IMG/VR virus record: IMGVR_UViG_3300044878_000087
Span: 194,432-258,431 of that record
Source of the DNA: a virus
Taxonomy: Duplodnaviria; Heunggongvirae; Uroviricota; Caudoviricetes
Length of the DNA: 64,000 bases
Reading direction: 5' to 3' (one strand)
Shown here: positions 60,376 through 64,000 of the stretch, one piece after another
Layout: each line of letters begins with the position of its first letter
How positions within the stretch are numbered: position 1 is the first letter of the stretch
Translations under genes and position numbers: made by a program
The notes under the pieces: model-generated
What the model saw: only the letters and a program-made list of their open reading frames with translations
What the model was told of the DNA's origin: nothing
The model's database searches: none

Positions 60376-60391
60376 GGAGCCCGAAGGCTCC
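60376..60391 (-). terminator. UUCG terminator
   Basis: GGAGCC-TTCG-GGCTCC then TCTTATG. Confidence 0.75.
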
Positions 60392-60395
60392 ACTG

Positions 60396-61709
60396 TTATG
60401 TGAACTCTTCTACCGACGATTTCGTTACAACCAGATAGTTGACTCGTTGGAAAACAGCTGCAGCGTAAACTACGCCATCACGCACCATTCGAGAAATACC
60501 CAGAGGTACAGAAGTGTAGCGGTCCATTGTCTCGGCTTCTTTCAACAGACGAGCAAACACAACCATCCATTCACCAGTAGTGAGCGGATCAACACGGTTG
60601 AAGTCTGAAGTGTTGTTAGTCACCAACAGATAGTCCGGGAACTTCTTGGAGAAGCGTACAATGCCTTCACGGTTCTGTGGGTTACCCACCACACCGAAAG
60701 CCAGAGACTTGTAGGTGTGAGTAGAGATCTCGTATTGTGCATCTACCCAAGCTTGGTTATAAGCAGGGCCACGAGCAGTACGACGAATCAACGGAAGTTC
60801 TTTACGAGGATCTACAGTTGGACTGTACATACCAGCACCGAGGATACCAGCCTCTACGGAATAGTTTTCCCAGAAAGGCGTAATGATAAACTCGGTCTTC
60901 TTAAAAAGGTCAGGCAGAATGTTTTCCCACTCTTCACGTGTGTGAGTAGTGTTAGCCATGATCTCATCGATGATTGCATCGTTGATAAAGTCTTGGTTGT
61001 CCGCAGCGATACCGTAGAGCAGTGTCAGCCAACGGGCAGGATAACGCATCGTAGGGTTACGTGGATTCACGTAATCGTAAGTCAGCGACCGTAGGTTGGT
61101 TGGCGGGTACTCAGCGCGCTTAAGCTGGACTGCTTCCAGTTTCTCATCGAAGTTGTAAGCTTTGAGGGCTTCAATAACAACCAGAGGATCTTTGAAGAAG
61201 TCATCGTAAGGAATAAGCGGGTGAACAGTCTCGATGAAGTATTCATCATACTGGCCAGAGAAGCTATCATCAGCATACCACAGTTGAACGCGGTTAGCTT
61301 CAGTTGGAGCAGACATCTCGAATACGACGAACTCTGGCATCCAGATCGTACCGTTGGTAATCATCTTACCAGTCGAGAAGCTTTTCAGTAGTGGACCGAA
61401 TTCGGCCAATACCAGTTGTCGAACGACTTGTGGATCTTGAGTGATCGAACCAGTGATAGCCTGATCGAGCAAGTACTTGGACAGTTTGAGAACCAGGTCC
61501 TTTGATGCTGAATCAACGTCCGTCGGTGTTTCATCCCTTACGCTATGAAAGGAAAAGAACACCGTATTCGGTACTGGCGTGCTGGTGTGGGTCGTTACGT
61601 CTTTTGCGTAGGTTAGGCTGTTCTTGGACAGTTCTCCAATCTTCGCGACTTGGTCAGGCAAGTTGCTGACCATGGAAGGGTATCCAATGAAACCTTTCAA
61701 GTTATACAT
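60396..61709 (-). CDS. virion structural protein (phiKZ gp157-like)
   Basis: 437 aa; GAGGA RBS; synteny from recall. Confidence 0.7.
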   Translation of the reverse strand: MYNLKGFIGYPSMVSNLPDQVAKIGELSKNSLTYAKDVTTHTSTPVPNTVFFSFHSVRDETPTDVDSASKDLVLKLSKYLLDQAITGSITQDPQVVRQLVLAEFGPLLKSFSTGKMITNGTIWMPEFVVFEMSAPTEANRVQLWYADDSFSGQYDEYFIETVHPLIPYDDFFKDPLVVIEALKAYNFDEKLEAVQLKRAEYPPTNLRSLTYDYVNPRNPTMRYPARWLTLLYGIAADNQDFINDAIIDEIMANTTHTREEWENILPDLFKKTEFIITPFWENYSVEAGILGAGMYSPTVDPRKELPLIRRTARGPAYNQAWVDAQYEISTHTYKSLAFGVVGNPQNREGIVRFSKKFPDYLLVTNNTSDFNRVDPLTTGEWMVVFARLLKEAETMDRYTSVPLGISRMVRDGVVYAAAVFQRVNYLVVTKSSVEEFT

Positions 61710-61908
61710 TTAACGGTCCTCATGAGCGGGCGATGGCAATCCATCTATAAAATTGATAGCCCCGCTTGTGTTAACGATAAACGTCATGGTAGAGTGGGGG
61801 CTTCCCCCATGGGAATGTTGTCTACCGTTTTGAAAAGCTGTCTTGCGATAGAAACGCCGGAGTGCGTTAACGGGTAGGCGTAGTTTGGAACACTGACTAG
61901 AGGTAATT

Positions 61909-62196
61909 ATGGTCATCGTAACTACACAAGCCTTGCTCTCCTTGTGGCCGTTCCTCAAACGCGCGATCTTCGGTGAGCGTGAAATTAAAGAGGTTCTGCT
62001 GGAAAACCGGCACATCACTTTCATGTTGTTCTGTATCATGCTTATGCTTGCTACGATCTTCTGGGTGGGTACCGAGTTGGATGTTGTTAAAGCTGAGAAC
62101 CAAACAATCGCTCAGGAACTCAAGGACCTCAAGGCTACCTATGAAACTACTGATCTCGATGCTCGCCGTCGGCGATTAGACGATCTTCTCAAGTAA
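61909..62196 (+). CDS. inner-membrane protein, possible i-spanin
   Basis: GAGGT RBS; one TM segment (ITFMLFCIMLMLATIFWVG) then a coiled coil. Confidence 0.7.
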   Translation: MVIVTTQALLSLWPFLKRAIFGEREIKEVLLENRHITFMLFCIMLMLATIFWVGTELDVVKAENQTIAQELKDLKATYETTDLDARRRRLDDLLK

Positions 62197-62215
62197 AATA
62201 CCAATGGGAGTAACC

Positions 62216-62611
62216 ATGCGTTATGCTCTATTTTTACTGTTCATTTTGAGCAGCGGTTGTGTTTTAAATCAACCACAAAGTTTCGTGTACATCACTGAAA
62301 CCACGACTAGCAATGTCTCCAACACCTCCAGCGTGTCAACGAAAACAATAAAAGAGACCTCTGCTCCCCCACCGAAACCGGTAATCATTGAACACACAGT
62401 ATCTACAACAAATATAACATGTGCTGAGTTCAAACTACCGCCTTCCGGTAACCTGCCTCCAAAGCCAAAGTTTAGTGACCCTGCGCAAAAAGATAAAGTA
62501 GACATAGACGCGATTCTGACTGCGCATATCAAGACGCTTGAGAAACACGTAGAATCCGAAAGGGGACGTGTAGAACAGGCGTATCGCGAATGGCAAGTGT
62601 CCTGCAAATAA
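62216..62611 (+). CDS. lipoprotein, possible o-spanin
   Basis: GGAG RBS; signal peptide ending LSSG-C lipobox; Thr/Ser/Pro-rich linker. Confidence 0.7.
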   Translation: MRYALFLLFILSSGCVLNQPQSFVYITETTTSNVSNTSSVSTKTIKETSAPPPKPVIIEHTVSTTNITCAEFKLPPSGNLPPKPKFSDPAQKDKVDIDAILTAHIKTLEKHVESERGRVEQAYREWQVSCK

Positions 62612-62667
62612 AAGACTGACCTGGTTAATAATCTAGTATAGTTTTGTTATTTGAAGAGGACATCATA

Positions 62668-64000
62668 ATGGATGGTATTGTTCTTTATACTGACGGTTCA
62701 TTCCGACAGAATAAAGCAGGTTGGGGCATTCACGGTTACACCTACAGCGACGTCGCGATGTCTTCTAAAGCGGCGACCAAACAGCAACCGACTGCTAAAG
62801 GGTACAAAGATGTACCGGCTTCGGAAACTGTAACGGTAATCGAGTATATCGACGCTTACGGTGCAATCGAGAAGAATCCTACAAACAACACTGCGGAACT
62901 AGGCGCTGCTATCGGTGCATTTGAATATGCATTGAAAACTCCTGCGAAACAAATGTCCATGTTGATGGACAGTGAATATGTTCGTAAGGGTCTAACGCAG
63001 TACGTTCCAAAGTGGGCGAAGAATGATTGGATTAAATCTGACGGACAACCAGTTGCAAACGTTGACTATTGGAAACGTCTGGTTGAACTGAAGAAGTCGT
63101 GGGAAGAACCTAAGCGTAAGCTTGACTTCTATTGGGTCAAAGGTCATTCCAACGACATGGGTAACGACAAAGCAGATGCGAACGCTTTGTTGGGTGCTGG
63201 GCATGAAGCCAAAGCGGCACCGGTAGAGATCAAACAAGATGGCGAGAAAGTCAACAAGCTCAAGAAGCAACCAGTGAATCCATTGGTTCTGGAATCGAGA
63301 CTGTTGTTCGGGTTCAATACTGGAGAAGATCCTGATGGATACTACTACATGTATTCCCTGGGTCGGATGCACAACTACGGTTTCAAGCCGCAGGATACAC
63401 CGAAAGAGAAATTGGCGAAAGCCGATCTATTAATCGGTCGTCCGATCTCCGAAGCAACCTTTGGTGTTTACAAAGCGTACGAACCAGATGCTTATCTGGA
63501 GCAAGTCATTGCTATGCACGCTCAGTGTTTTCCAAGTGAGAACCCGGAACTTGGGATCTTGAACTTGTCGAACGTGTTCAACGCACAAATCCGTAACCGT
63601 ATCGAAACGGCTAACTCGGATCTGTTGTCGAAGCACACAGACATCTTAGTGTTGGCTACTGCCGATTACAAATTGGTCAGCCGTACTCTTAACCCACCGC
63701 GACGTGCTAACGATGCCGTAGCGACATTCCAACAGCTCCAGCGACAGTTGGACGATTACCTAACAGGCAAGTTGGGTGACGGGGTTAAAACATTTGATAT
63801 TACATCCGCATTTTTCGAGCAAGTCTCGTCTGGAAAGAAAGAGATCCGACAACTTCTAAAATCGATTACTCAGAACACCGAGTCGATTAATCCAAAGATT
63901 AAGTTCTGCGGGCAAGACGTGGAATTGAAGTTGTGTTTGGGATTGGACATACCAACCCGTAACCAACTGAATCGGATTGGCGCTGGGTACACGAAGGTAG
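62668..64000 (+). CDS. rnhA: ribonuclease HI with long C-terminal extension (truncated by window edge)
   Basis: Hand translation: LYTDGS, TNNTAEL, MDSEYV, WVKGHSNDMGNDKADANA; GAGGA RBS; no stop seen. Confidence 0.93.
   Translation, partial: MDGIVLYTDGSFRQNKAGWGIHGYTYSDVAMSSKAATKQQPTAKGYKDVPASETVTVIEYIDAYGAIEKNPTNNTAELGAAIGAFEYALKTPAKQMSMLMDSEYVRKGLTQYVPKWAKNDWIKSDGQPVANVDYWKRLVELKKSWEEPKRKLDFYWVKGHSNDMGNDKADANALLGAGHEAKAAPVEIKQDGEKVNKLKKQPVNPLVLESRLLFGFNTGEDPDGYYYMYSLGRMHNYGFKPQDTPKEKLAKADLLIGRPISEATFGVYKAYEPDAYLEQVIAMHAQCFPSENPELGILNLSNVFNAQIRNRIETANSDLLSKHTDILVLATADYKLVSRTLNPPRRANDAVATFQQLQRQLDDYLTGKLGDGVKTFDITSAFFEQVSSGKKEIRQLLKSITQNTESINPKIKFCGQDVELKLCLGLDIPTRNQLNRIGAGYTKV

Noticed and set aside
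61710-62039. 109-aa minus-strand ORF
   Set aside because: Overlaps the better-supported plus-strand membrane gene and has no RBS or recognisable content

Overview
The window is a segment of a phiKZ-like jumbo phage genome (nucleus-forming group, probably infecting Pseudomonas or a relative; host is inferred). From recall, it runs opposite to phiKZ numbering and covers roughly the gp214 to gp155 block. The left part (1-25 kb) is mostly minus-strand small accessory genes plus NAD-dependent DNA ligase, dCTP deaminase, a SLOG/DprA-like protein, an SF2 helicase, a DEDDh exonuclease and thymidylate kinase. The centre holds the tail gene pair (gp182-like and the 2329-aa gp181-like tape measure/lytic transglycosylase), split virion RNA polymerase beta' and beta subunits, head proteins and the prohead protease. 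The right part holds an SbcC/Rad50-like ATPase, the baseplate spike and PAAR tip, four tandem inner-head paralogs, a spanin-like pair and RNase HI (truncated at the window end). There are three free-standing GIY-YIG endonucleases, nine copies or variants of the TATATTAC early promoter (all on the minus strand) and about 19 terminator-like hairpins, most with a UNCG loop. No tRNA, rRNA, CRISPR array, intein or classical IS was seen. The strongest unexplained signal is a roughly 120-140 nt multi-branch, possibly pseudoknotted RNA candidate at 8963-9103. All assignments come from motif reading and recall; no searches or folding software were run.
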